A stretch of DNA of 64,000 bases from Malacoraja senta (taxonomy: Eukaryota): the NCBI GenBank assembly GCA_038087875.1, contig CM075990.1, positions 744,001-808,000 on the forward strand, written 5' to 3'. The notes beneath the pieces are model-generated. The model was not told the DNA's origin, searched no databases, and worked only from the letters and a program-made list of their open reading frames with translations. A program made the translations under genes and the position numbers. This document shows positions 1-12,523 of this stretch, in pieces (position 1 is the first letter of the stretch; every line of letters starts with the position of its first letter).

Positions 1-1338
1 TTTGGATAGCAGTAAAAGGATTAGTCCAAGTCAACATGGATTTATGAAAGGGAAATCATGCTTGACTAATCTTCTGGAATTTTTTGAGGATGTGACAAGT
101 AAAATGGATGAAGGGGAGCCAGTGGATGTAGTGTATCTAGACTTTCAGAAAGCCTTTGATGAGGTCCCGCACGGGAGACTGGTGACTAAAATTAGAGGTC
201 ATGGTATTGGGGCTAGAGTGTTGACGTGGATAGAAAATTGGTTGGCAGACAGGAAGCAAAGAATAGGAGTGAACGGGTCCTTTTCAGAATGGCAGGCAGT
301 GGCGAGTGGAGTGCCGCAAGACTCGGTGTTGGGGCCGCAACTGTTTACCATATATATACATGATTTGAAAGAGGGAATTAGGAGCAACACTAGCAAGTTT
401 GCAGATGACACAAAGCTGGGTGGCAGTGTGAACTGTGAAGAGGATGTTAGGATGTTGCAGGGTGACCTGGACAGGTTGAGTGAGTGGGCTGATGCGTGGC
501 AGTATAATATAGATAAATGTGAGGTTATCCACTTTGGTGACAAAAACAAGGGGGCAGATTATTATCTCAATGGGGTTAGGTAAGTGGGAGGTACAGCGAG
601 ACCTGGGTGTCCTTGTACACCGGTCACCGAAAGTTAGCGTGCAGGTACAGCAGGCAGTGAAGAAAGCTAATGGAATGTTGGTCTTCATAACAAGAGGATT
701 TCAGTATAGGAGTAGAGAGGTTCTTCTGCAGTTGTATAGGGCTCTGGTGAGACCACATCTGGAGTATTGCGTAGAGTTTTGGTTTGAGGAAGGACATCCT
801 TGTGATTGAGGCAGTGCAGTGTAGGTTCATGAGATTGATCCCTGAGATGGCGGGACGGTCATATGAGGAAAGATTGAAAAGACTAGGCTTGTATTCACTG
901 GAGTTTAGTAGGATGAGGGGGTATCTTATAGAAACATATAAAATTATATAAGGACTGGACAAGCTAGATGCAGGAAAAATGTTCCCAATGTTGGGCGAGT
1001 CCAGAACCTGGGGCCACAGTCTAAGAATAAAGGGGAGGCCATTGAGGTGAGAAAAAGAACTGAGGTGAGAAAAAACGTTTTCACCCAGAGAGTTGTGAAT
1101 TTGTGGAATTCCCTGCCACAGAGGGCAGTGGAGGCCAAATCACAGGATGGATTTAAGAGAGAGTTAGGTAGAGCTCTAAGGGACTAGTAAAATCAAGGGA
1201 TATGGGGAGAAGGCAGGCGCGGGTTATTGATTGGGGACGATCAGCCATGATCACAATGAACGGCGGTGCTGGCTCGAAGGGCCGAATGGCCTCCTCCTGC
1301 ACCTATTTTCTATGTTTCTTTGTTTCTATGTGTCTATG
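1..1338 (+). mobile_element. CR1-clade LINE, 3' half of ORF2 (RT) plus 3' UTR; frameshifted and cut by the window edge
   Basis: ORFs 2..583 and 519..809 give [38 protein letters not shown] and RPHLEYCV. Ends in the GGGCCGAATGGCCT hairpin and a (CTATGTTT)n tail. Confidence 0.95.
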
Positions 1339-1595
1339 ATCCTGACTATGAGTGCTGTCTGTACGGAGTTTGTACGTTCTCCCCGTGACCATGTGGGTTT
1401 TCGCTGAGATCTTCAGTTTCCTCCCACACTCCAAAGATGTACAGGTCTGTAGGTTAATTGGCTTTCTATAAATGTAAATTGTCCCTAGTGTGTGTAGGAT
1501 ACAAGGGTAGTGTTAATATGTGCGGATCGCTGGTCGGTGCAGACTCGGTGGGCCAAAGAGCCTGTTTCTATGCTGTATCTCTGAACTAAAAAAAA
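1339..1595 (+). mobile_element. 5'-truncated HE1/V-SINE-like SINE
   Basis: Core GCTGTCTGTACGGAGTTTGTACGTTCTCCCCGTGACC...CTCCCACACTCCAAAGA and CR1-like tail GGGCC..AG.GCCTGTTTC. The same sequence recurs at 15040, 35372, 36550 and 61055. Confidence 0.8.
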
Positions 1596-1651
1596 AGCAG
1601 TTGCCATACCAAGCTGTGATATACCCCAATATGTTTTCTATGGTACATCTG

Positions 1652-3187
1652 TATAACCATATAACCATATAACCATAACAGCACGGAAACAGGCCATCTC
1701 GGCCCTTCAAGTCCGTGCCGAACATTTAAATTTTTTTTTTATTTATTTTTTTTAATTAAAAATAAATACTTCCCCCTAGTCCCATCTACCTGCACTCAGA
1801 CCATAACCCTCCATTCCTTTCCCGTCCATATACCCATCCAATCTATTTTTAAAGGATAACATCGAACCTGCCTCCACCACTTCCACTGGAAGCTCATTCC
1901 ACACAGCTACCACTCTCTGAGTAAAGAAGTTCCCCCTAATGTTCCCCCTAAACTTCTGTCCCTTAATTCTCAAGTCATGTCCCCTTGTTTGAATCTTCCC
2001 TACTCTCAATGGGAAAAGCTTATCCACGTCCACTCTGTCTAACCCGCTCATAATTTTAAAGACCTCTATCAAGTCCCCTCTTAACCTTCTGCGCTCCAAA
2101 GAATAAAGACCTAACTTGTTCAACCTTTCTCTGTAACTTAGTTGCTGAAACCCAGGCAACATTCTAGTAAATCTCCTCTGTACTCTCTCTATTTTGTTGA
2201 CATCATTCCTATAATTAGGCGACCAAAATTGTACTTCATACTCCAGAATTGGCCTCACCAATGTCTTGTACAATTTTAACATTACATCCCAACTTCTATA
2301 TTCAATGCTCTGATTTATAAAGGCCAGCACACCAAAAGCTTTCTTTACCACGCTATCTACATGACATTCCACCTTCATGGAACTATGCACAGTTATTCCT
2401 AGATCCCTCTGTTCAACTGCATTCCTCAATTCGCTACCATTTACCGTGTACGTCCTATTTTGCTTTGTCCTGCCGAGATGTAGCACCTCACATTTGTCAG
2501 CATTAAACTCCATCTGCCATCTTTCAGCCCACTCTTCCAAATGGCCTTAATCTCTCTGTAGACTTTGAAAATCTACTTAATTATCCACAACACCACCTAT
2601 CTTAGTATCATCTGCATACTTACTAATCCAATTTTCCACACCATCATCCAGATCATTGATGTACATGACAAACAACAGTGGACCCAACACAGACCCCTGA
2701 GGCACCCCACTAGTCACCGGCCTCCAACCTGACAAACAGCCATCCACCATTACTCTCTGGCATCTCCCATTCAGCCACTGTTGAATCCATCTTGCTACTC
2801 CACCATTAATACCCAACAATTGAATCTTCTTAACCAACCTTCCATGAGGAACCTTGTCAAAGGCCTTACTGAAGTCCATCTAGACAACATCCACTGCTTT
2901 ACCCTCATCAATTTCCCTAGTAACCTCTTCGAAAAATTCAAGAAGATTAGTCAAGCATGACCTTCCAGGCACAAATCCATGTTGACTGTTCCTAATCAGA
3001 CCCTGCTTATCCAGTTGCTTATATATATTATCTTTAAGTATCCTTTCCATTAATTTGCCCACCACTGACGTCAAACTAACAGGTCTATAATTGCTAGGTT
3101 TACTCTTCGAACCCTTTTTAAACAACGGAACAACATGCGCAGTACGCCAATCCTCCGGCACTATTCCCGTTTCTAATGACATTTGAA
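1652..3187 (-). mobile_element. CR1-clade LINE of a second subfamily, 3' ORF2 fragment with stops
   Basis: Minus-strand ORFs 2880..3263, 2577..2879 and 1776..2540 contain [30 protein letters not shown] and KYADDTK. (ATAACCAT)n tail at 1652-1678. Confidence 0.93.
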
Positions 3188-3202
3188 TGTAGAAATTGTT
3201 AA

Positions 3203-3706
3203 TGGGCCTGTCCCACTTAGGCAACTTTTTAGGTGACTGCAGGAGACTATGCAGTCGCCGCATGGTCGCCAGATTGTCGCGGGTGGTTGCCGGGGAGCCG
3301 CCTTCATGGTCGTGAGGAGTTCCCGCATTCTGGGAACTGGTCGCGGCCTCATTATGGTCGCCGCAAATTTTTCAATATGTTGAAAAATTAGCGGTGACCA
3401 GAATTAAGCCGCCATGGAGAGTAGCGAGAATTCTCGTGCCGTAGGTGGGTCGCCAGGAGGTCGAATGTTCTCTAAGGTTCTCGTAGGTTGCAGCCTGTGC
3501 TGACCGGTGAATTTCATTGGCTCATTGGGGGAAAAAACGTAAGCAGTAGGATTTTCAGAACCAAGGATAACCGACCGGTAATGTTAAATGTCCGCCGAGC
3601 TTCACAGCCATGTATCTCTGGCTTCTTAAAAGTTGTCTCCACTCCTTCTCCCTGCTTCTCCCCTTTCTCCGTCCCCTCTCCCCCCCCCCCTCTTTTAAAG
3701 GACTTT
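3203..3706. mobile_element. Harbinger-type MITE, one-ended (truncated)
   Basis: Starts TAA|TGGGCCTGTCCCACT. Internal sequence (CATTGGCTCATTGG...AACCAAGG..AACCGACCGG...CTCCACTCCTTCTCC) matches the element at 32810. No matching right TIR seen. Confidence 0.7.
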
Positions 3707-3741
3707 TAAAAGTAATTGGAAACATGCCAGTGAGTTCCTAA

Positions 3742-4270
3742 AAGGCCTGTCTCACGAGTCTGCGGTCATTGGCGGTGAAACAGGAAGTATCTACCGCTCG
3801 TGGACCGCCAGAGACCGCGGGTTCGGTCAAACGCACACTGCCGGGGCCATGCGGCGTTGGTCCCAACACTGCACGGTGCTCACAAAAAGTCAACAATGTC
3901 TAAAAATATTTTCCTACCGCACAGCCGCCGCCAGTGAGGCACGAGTGCGGCACGGTCACCGCTACAGCTGCCGCCAGTGTGGCACGAGCGCCATGAGTCG
4001 AACCTTCACCGCCACAGCCCCCGCCAGTGAGGCACGTGTGCGGCACGGCCGCCGCCACAGCCCCGCGATCCGAAAGACGTCATCGCGTAGCGCGTCGCGT
4101 TGCGCGATGACGTCATCACCCGACGCCGCAAGCTCGTGGAACTGGCCATACGGAGATCACTCGGCCCCCGCGCAGCATCCGTGTGGTGCTCTCGTGGTTG
4201 CCGTGCGGTCCCCTCTTCCAGCGACGCCGCGCCTCACCGCCAATGACCGCAAACCCGTGGGACAGAGCCT
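3742..4270. mobile_element. Harbinger-type MITE with about 37-bp imperfect TIRs
   Basis: Left AAGGCCTGTCTCACGAGTCTGCGGTCATTGGCGGTGA is the reverse complement of right TCACCGCCAATGACCGCAAACCCGTGGGACAGAGCCT. Flanked by TAA and TTA. Confidence 0.8.
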
Positions 4271-4929
4271 TTAGCTTTCTGAGGATGACTGGGTCCGTGG
4301 GATCGCTGCGTGCACCAGAAGGCTGCTACATTTCGCCACAGTGACCATGTTTCAAAAATACTTCATTAGCTGTAAAGATGAGGTTGTAAAAACCACAAGA
4401 TAAAATTGAATTACTTTCCCTTTCTGCTTTATATATTTAATTGGAATCCATATCAAATGTACTCTACTGTGAGATTAAATTAATTTGGAAAATGCTGAGT
4501 TTTGTTGCAGTAAGATATTTATGCTGGCTATGTTTCGGCTACTGTTGAATAATGGGTTGTTAAACTTCTCATTTAGATGAAGAGTTAACAGATTCACATG
4601 TACAAAGGTGGGGAAAGACGATTAATCTGCTTCTGAAATGAACATGATGTCTACGGAATATTAACTACACGGGTAAAATGAGATCGAAAAAAACTTTTGC
4701 AATGTATCTTTAAAAGAACAGTGTTGTTCTGTCTAAAAATGTCCAGGAAAATAGTTTTCTGAAATACGTAATAATAGAATTAATTAAACACTACTTGTTG
4801 ACCTGTGTATCAGATCTTGCTGTCTTCCTTTGAGTGAAAAATCCAAATCTGTTTAAAGATAGGGCAAGGCGAAATGGTGGAGAAGTAGTTAAAGTGATTA
4901 TGTGGAGACAACTGAACCTCCTTGTCTTC

Positions 4930-6750
4930 CTGATCAAATCATCCTCCACGATAATCCTCAACACTGGTGCTCTGCAAGGACGCGTTCTCAGCCCCCTTCT
5001 TTACTCCTTGAACACCCACGACTGCGCAGCCCTGTTCAAATCCAATTCAATTTTCAAATTCGCAGACCACACCACCATTGTGGGCCAGATATCAAATAAT
5101 GATGAGACGAAGGAGATTGAGAACCTCATGTCTTGGTGTCGCGACATCAACCTTTCTCTCAATGTCAGCAAGACTAAGGACATAGTGATCGACTTCAGGA
5201 AGCGAAAGGGTACATATACTCTGGTTTTCATTGACGGCGCCAAAGTAAAGATGATTGAAAACATCAAATTCCTAGGAGTAAATATCACCAACAACTTCTC
5301 CTGGACCACCCATTTTGAAGCAATGGCCAAGAAAGCACACCAACACCTCTATTGCCTTAAAAGCCTTTGGAAGTTCAACATGTCCCTAACAACTTTCACC
5401 AACCTTTATAGATGTGCTTTAGAAAGCATTTTATCAGGATGGATCACAGCATAGTTTGGGAACAGCTCCATCCAAGACCACAAGAAATTGTAGAGAATTG
5501 TGGATGCAGCCCAAACCATCACACAAACCAACTTACATTCCATTGACAGTTTCTTCCAAGCTGTTGTCAAGCAACTGAACAATCCTGCCGCAATTAGAGA
5601 CCAGTTCTGAACTGTTTAAGAAAGAACTGCAGATGCTGGAAAAATCGAAGGTAGACAAAAATGCTGGAGAAACTCAGTGGGTGAGGCAGCATCTATGAAG
5701 CGAAGGAATAGGTGATGTTTCGGGTTGAGACCCTTCTTCAGACCTTTGTGGGGGTTGGGGGGGGGACGGGGCGGCAAGAAGAAAGGAGGAGGCAGAGACA
5801 GTAGGTTGTGGAAGAGCTGGAAAGGGTAAGGGAAGGAGGGAGAAAGCAAGGACTACCTGAAATTGGAGGTCAATGTTCATACCGCTGGAGTGTAAACTAC
5901 CGAAACGAAATATGAGGAGCTCCTCCAATTTGCAGCGGGACTCACTCTGGCCATGGAGGAGGCTCAGGACAGAAAGGTTGGATTCGGAATGGGAGGGGGA
6001 GTTGAAGTGCTGAGCCACCGGGAGAGCAGGTTGGTTAATGCGAAGTGAGCGGAGGTGTTGGGTGAAGCGATCGCCAAGCCTGCGCTTGGTCTCACCAATG
6101 TCTAGTTGACACCTAGAATGGCGGATGCAATAGATGAGGTTTGAGGAGGTGCAGGTGAACCTCTGCCTCTCCTTGAAAGACTGCTTGGGTCCTTGGATGG
6201 AGTCGAGGGGGGAGGTAAAGCGACAAGTGTAGCATTTCCTGCGGTTGCAAGGGAAAGTACCAGGGGAGGGGGTGGTTTGGGTGGGAATGGACGAATTGAC
6301 CAGGGAGTTACGGAGGGAGCGGTCTCTGCGGAAAGCCGAAAGGGGAGGAGATGGGAAGATGTGGCCAGTGGTGGGATCCCATTGGAGGTGGCTTTCTCCC
6401 TCCTTCCCCTTCCCAGCTCTCCCACAGCTTACTGACTCTGCCTCTTCCTTTCCTCTTCACGCTCCCCCCCCACCCCCCCCACATCAGTTTGAAGAAGGGT
6501 CTCGACCCAAAACGTCACGTATTCCTTCGCTCGATAGATGCTGCCTCACCCGCTGAGTTTCTCCAGCATTTTTGTCTATCTTCCAGTTCTGAACTAATAT
6601 CTACCTTATTGGAAACTCTCGACTATCTTTGATCTGACTTTACTGGGTTCATCTTGAACTAAACGTCATTCCCTTTATCATGTATCAGTGCACTGTGAAT
6701 GGCTCGATTGTAATCGTTTATTGTCTTTCCGCTGACTAGTTAACAAACAA
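4930..6750 (+). mobile_element. Rex1/Babar-type LINE 3' fragment, interrupted by a Penelope insertion at 5614-6582
   Basis: ORF 4834..5454 contains LNTGA.QG.VLSPLLYSL.THDC, KFAD.TT.VG and NVSKTK..VIDFRK. The 3' UTR resumes at 6583 and matches the uninterrupted copy at about 51400-51680. Confidence 0.8.
5614..6582 (-). mobile_element. Penelope-like element 3' fragment (Zn-finger linker and GIY-YIG endonuclease) with inverted pseudo-LTRs
   Basis: Minus strand reads GTFPCNRRKCYTC, NLIYCI, IGETKRRLGDRF.QH, VAQHFNSPSH and GMNID. 6390-6582 is an inverted copy of about 5650-5850. 13-bp TSD CCAGTTCTGAACT at 5601-5613 and 6583-6595. Confidence 0.88.
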
Positions 6751-8280
6751 CAACAAAACAACAACAACGGGTGGTTATAAACTGAATAAGGGGGGGGGTG
6801 TCAAATGGGATAGTCGAGGTCAGAGTTAAAGGGAAAGAGAGTAAAGGGATGGTTAATGACCCCAGAATTAATGGGAAAGGAAGCTCACAAAGGGATAGGA
6901 GAGTATGGCCAAGTGTAATAGGGATCGATGTGAAAGGTGAGCTGCGTAAGGAATTAAAAGTATTGTATATGAATGCGCGAAGTATAAGAAGTAAAGTAGA
7001 TGAGCTTGAGGCTCAGTTAGAGGTTGGTAGATATGACATTGTGGGGGTTACTGAGACGTGGCTGCAGGAGGATTGGGCCTGGGAACAATATTCAGGGTTA
7101 TATATCCTATAGAAAGGACAGGCAGGTGGGCAGAGGAGGGGGGGTAGCTCTGCTGGTGAGGGATGGAATTCAGTCCCTTGCGAGGGAAGACATAGGGACT
7201 GACGAGGTAGAGTCACTGTGGATTGAGTTGAGGAATTGTAAAGGCAAGAAGACACTAATTGGTGTTCTCTACAGACCCCCAAATAGTAGCCCGGATGTAG
7301 GGTGTAAGTTGCAGCAGGAGTTAAAACTGGCATGTAACAAAGGTAATGCCACTGTGGTGATGGGGGATTTCAATATGCAGGTAGACTGGGAAAAAAAGGT
7401 TGGTTCAGGACCCCAAGAAAGAGAGTTTGTAGAATGCCTCCGAGATGGATTCTTAGAGCAGCTTGTAATGGAGCCGACCAGAGAAAAGGCAATTCTGGAT
7501 TTAGTGTTGTCCAACGAACCAGATATGATGAGAGAACTCGAGGTAAAGGAACCGCTTGGAGGTAGTGATCATAATATGATTCGTTTTAATCTGCAATTTG
7601 AGAAGGAGAACGTTAAATCGGAAGTGTCAGTGATGCATGAAGGCATGAGAGGGGAGCTGGCCAAGGTAGACTGGAAAGGGATCCTAGCAGGAATGAGAGT
7701 GGAACAGCAATGGCAGGAATTTCTGGGCATAATCCGGAAGAAGCAGGATCATTTCATTCCAAAAAGGAAGAAAGATTCTGAGGGGAGTAGGAGGCAACCG
7801 TGGCTGACAAGAGAAGTTAGAGATAGAATAAAACTAAAAACAAAGATGTATAACACAGCAAAAAGTAGCCGGAAGCCAGAGGATTGGGAAACGTTCATAG
7901 GACAACAGAAGGAAACAAAACGGGCAATACGGGCTGAAAAGATGAAGTACGAAGGGAAGCTGGCCAGGAATATAAAGAAGAACAGTAAAAGCTTCTTTAG
8001 ATATGTTAAGGGAAAAAGAGTGGCAAAGTCAAATGTGGATCCCTTGAAGGCTGACACGGGTGAAATTTTACTTCGGAGTCACGTGAGTGACTACGTGAAG
8101 AGCCCGTCCAGCACGCATGCGTGACATTAGCGTTCACGCAGTGCAACAGCGACGACCGGGAGTACAGGCGCTCCCGCTACAAGTCGGTGGAAAATAAACA
8201 GCGGACCATCAGGTAAGTCTTACTCTGTGGTCGTAATCAGCAAGCTGTGCTCTGCTCTGTATTCCAGGGGAACTGGAAAA

Positions 8281-9500
8281 ATGAGTAACACGGCAAAGGA
8301 AGAAAACCGCCCCCCGTTCGACTCCAACAGAACGGGAGTGTTCCATCAGTGGGGGGCGAGAGGCGGCACCTGGACCGCACATGCTGCGGCACACCCTCAT
8401 CGAGACCGAGCCGAGCCCAGTCCTGCTAGCGCAGCCTGACCAACAGCAGCGGGCTGGAGGCAAATCAAGGCACAAAACATACCGGCCGGTTATGTCTCAC
8501 TCCGATGAGGGGGCTCTCCGCCTTAGAGCGGCAGAGCTAGCTGCCTGAGCCGCATGGAAAGGCTCATGGAGAAAATGCTCCAGCGAGACTTGCTTCGGGA
8601 GCTGGAGCAGTCTCGCCAAGGGAACTCAGGCACTCCCACATCAGTGCTCTACAATGCACTGGCCATCGCTTTCCCCTCAAGCGAGGGCAGCGTTGGCGAC
8701 CAGGGCTGGGCTGGTCAGGAACAGTGGTCATTGGCTGAAGATGTCGGGAGTACGCTTGGGGTACAGGATCAGGAAGAGCTGCTGGGTGTGGAGATTCGCT
8801 ACGTGGTTACACCACGAGCAGGGCGGCTGTTGCAGCCAAAACTGGCGGCCAGCATTAACCACCTGTCCCCCAAACCCCTACAAGACAGGTACTTAATGAG
8901 GCACTAGAGCTGGAAAACTGCAGTTCGCTCAATGTACCGGCTGTTAACAGCCAAATCTGGGGGGGGGGGGGGGGGTATGTGGGACAGAGTATCCGGAACC
9001 AGGAGCTAAAATCCTCAAGCTCCTGACGACAGGGATAACAGCCTATGCTCGTACCGTGGATGGGGTGGATATGACCACAAACCAGCAAGACACTCTGGCT
9101 CTGCTGTGCAACACCCAATATGAGATAAACAACCTCCGCAAGGAGAGAATAAGACCTGCCCTCAATCCCAGGTTTGCAGGACTGTGTAAAACACCGGCCT
9201 CAGAGCCGCAGATCCTGTTATTTGGAAGGGCAAGTGAAAGACCTGGAGGAGAGTCCAAAGCATTTGGCCTCATGAGGGCAGGCCCCGGAACGAACAGACC
9301 CACACACAAAACCAGACGGCAGTACCCCACCGCGTCCACCACTCAAGGTCAAATTTATGGAACTGGTGAAAGCTCGGGGTCCGCATACTATCCCCGAAAG
9401 CCTTTTTAGGCCAGGGCCCAGAGTGGACCCCATGGAAAATGCGCCACCCCCAATCAACGGTACATCCAGCAGTACTACGACGGATGAACAAACGGAAGAA
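8281..9500 (+). pseudogene. DIRS ORF1 (gag-like), disrupted
   Basis: ATG at 8281. Fragments MERLMEKMLQRD, NCSSLNVPAVNSQIW and EINNLRKERIRPALNPRFAGLCK are similar to the ORF1 fragments of the second DIRS (49170-50248). Confidence 0.7.
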
Positions 9501-9517
9501 GGAACACTACCATAACT

Positions 9518-11440
9518 ATGGAGGTAGGTGGGTCTGGTTCCTACCAGCATGTAAAAATGGGGGAACTGTACTAACATGGGGGAGATTACACCTGTTCATT
9601 GAAGCATGGAGGTGTCTCACAAATGATAGTTATATACTTAACAGTATTCGGGGATACAAAATAGAGTTCATTCAAGAAAACATGCCACCAGTTTAGCACG
9701 TACCCCAAAGGGTCTTTACCCTCTCAGTCAAAGAGAACTAGAGGCTCAAGCAGAACTGGTGAGGTTACTTACAAAGGGTGTCATTGAGAAATCCAAACAT
9801 GAACCTTTGGAATTTGTCTCAAATATATTTACCAAAAGCAAAAAAGATGGTGGATGTCGCATCATCATTGACTTAACCTCACTAAATACCTTTGTTAAGT
9901 ATGTACATTTCAAAATGGTAACATTTGTAACTGCTAAACAACCGATTTCCAAAGGATACTTTATGGTAAGCATTGATTTAAAAGATGCCTACTATTCAGT
10001 ACCCATTCACAAGGGTCATCGCAGATACCTGAAATTTACCTGGATGGGGCAACTACGGCAGTATAAAGCGTTGCCTAATGGGTTGACATCAGCCCTAGAC
10101 TATTTACCAAGATATTAAAACCAGCCTTGGCAACATTAACGAAACAAAGACATATTGTCATGGCATAACTTGATGATATCCTAATAGTAGGCAAAACCAT
10201 GGAGTTGGCTAAATCAGCTGTATTAGCTACCAAACAATTGTTTGAAACCCTGGGTTTTGTCATACATCCAGATAAATCTAAGTTGACGCCATCCACAACT
10301 ATGGACTATCTGGGATTCACAATTAACTCAATCCACATGTCTGTAACGTTGCCAAAAGGTAAAGCAGCAGAATTGGCACAGACGTGCAACAATTTAATGG
10401 TAAACAATCGACCAACCATCTGACAAGTGGCAAGAGTAATTGGCAAAATGGTAGCAGCATTTCCAGCTACACAATTTGGACCCCTGCACTATCAGCACCT
10501 ACAAAGGGCAAAAGTACAGGCGTTGAAACGACATGCAGGTCACTTTGACCGAACCATGAAACTACCCATTGAAGCAATATCAGAGTTACAATGGTGGATA
10601 ACACATTTGGCATAGTTCCAGCCCTATCATCATCAATAACCCAACGTTAACTATACAAACAGATGCCAGTGCTCAAGGCTGGGGAGCAACTAATACCATA
10701 TCCAGCACAGGTGGTAGATGGACTAACCTAGACTCATCTTTACTACAAACACTGGGCATAAATTATTTGGAAATGTTGGGTGCGTTTTATGGTTTAAAAG
10801 CATATTCTAGGAATATGCACAATTTGCATGTTCGTTTACAAATTGATAATATCACGGTGGTGGCCTATATTAACCATATGGGCGGAATAAAATCGATATC
10901 ATGTGACAATTGGGTCAACACAATCTGGTAATGGTGGGTCAATAGACATATTTGGCTATCAGCAACTTACCTACCAGGTAAGCTAAATACAGTGCCAGGT
11001 CACGCAAATTCAATGATAAACACCGAATGGATGTTAAATCCTAGAGCTTTTGCTAAAATTACAAACCAATATGGCACACCAGATATCGATCTCTTTGCAT
11101 CCAGACTAAATCACCACGTACCAATGTATGTCCCTTGGGAACCACACCCTGAGGCAGCAGCGATAGATGCATTCGCACTGAACTGGGGGACCTATTTCTT
11201 CTATGCTTTCCCCCCCTTCTGCCTTAATCTGTAGGGTACTACGCAAAATACAGATGGACTCTGCTTCAGGTATTTTGATAGTACCAACTGGCCTACACAG
11301 CCATGGTTCCCACTGGTCCTCGACATGGTCATCGAAACTCCTATGACCTTTCCCAGTAGCCCAGACCTATTGACGCACCCTGTATCAGGCATAAGTCATC
11401 CATGCCATGACAAAATTAACCTACTGGGTTGCAGATTATC
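9518..11440 (+). pseudogene. DIRS pol: RT, RNase H and adenine-methyltransferase-like domain, disrupted
   Basis: KKDGGCRIIIDL, IDLKDAY, LPNGL, .LDDIL, QTDAS..GWG, DN..VVAYINHMGG, DIDLFASRLN and YAFPPF in ORFs 9759..10118, 10199..10423 and 10992..11234 and the sequence between them. Confidence 0.9.
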
Positions 11441-12270
11441 AAAAGACCACTGCTGGGACTGGGATTGTCTGACAAGGACCATCAACATGATGACACCGTA
11501 TGTCCACCAGGAAACAATACCTATCGAGCATCAGGAAGTGGGAAAGATACTGCTCGACTACTGGGACAACGTACTCATCTGCAACCATAACCAATGTACT
11601 GGAGTACCTGGGGGGCCTTCACCAGAATGAAGGATTGAGCTACAGCGCCTTCAATACTGCCAGACGTGCGCTGTCAGCCTACTTAAAACAGGTGCCAGGA
11701 CAACAGGCCATAGGGTCTCACCCGCTGGTGATCAAACTCATGAGGAGTATCGTCAACTCCAACCCTCTTAGACCTAGGTATACACAAATCTGGGATGTCA
11801 GTGTGGTCCTGACATACCTAAGGGGATGGTCCCCAGCCAGGTCTCTCATCCTGGAAAAGCTAACCCTGAAAACGGTCATGCTGATGCCACTAGTCTCAGC
11901 ACAAAGAGTCCAGTCCCTCCACTTACTGCGACTGGACAACATGGTTATAACACCAGACCACATCAACACAACAAGAGATTCTCGAGGGAGAAAAAAGGGA
12001 AAAAAAAAAAAGAAAAAAAAAAAGAAGCCTTATGGGTCAGCCACAAGAAACCTCATGGTTGGGTGTCGAGCCAAACCATCTCGAGATGGCTCAAGCAGGT
12101 ACTGGGAGCTGCTGGAGTAGATACTGATGTATATACATCTCACTCCACCAGGGCAGCATCCAACATCGGCGGCTAAAAGAATGAACATGGAGAAAACGTT
12201 CCAAACGTTCTACCACAAGCCGCTAGCAGAACCTGTGTTATTTGCAGAAAGAGTTTTAAAATCTACAAAA
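11435..12270 (+). pseudogene. DIRS tyrosine recombinase, internally deleted
   Basis: STRKQY...W, RPRYTQIWDV..VL.YL, LTLKTVML..LVSAQRVQ, SQTISRWLKQVL and HSTRAA (ORFs 11500..12120 and 11826..12176). The middle is replaced by an A-rich tract near 11990-12025. Confidence 0.85.
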
Positions 12271-12446
12271 AATATATAATTTAAGCCCAGGGGAGCATTT
12301 TGTCTTTTGTTATTGTTTAATAGATACCATTATTGTTTACAAACAGATTATGGTTGATTACGATAACATACTTCCTCCCTTGAATGACTTCGGCAGCGAG
12401 TGAAGTATGAACTGTTACACGGTTTGAAATCACAGAGCTTTAAAAT

Positions 12447-12523
12447 CTTCACGTAGTCACTCACGTGACTCCGAAGTAAAATAGTAAGATTAAACGAGAA
12501 CTTACCAGTTTGAAGTTTGATCT
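12447..12523 (+). other. DIRS internal complementary region (ICR)
   Basis: CTTCACGTAGTCACTCACGTGACTCCGAAGTAAAAT is the reverse complement of 8065-8100. It is fused to AATAGTAAGATTAAACGAGAACTTACCAGTTTGAAGTTTGATCT, the reverse complement of 12698-12741. Confidence 0.95.

Noticed and set aside
4280..4930. Apparently unique AT-rich segment with AG/GT pairs
   Set aside because: No convincing exon or motif could be supported from the sequence alone.
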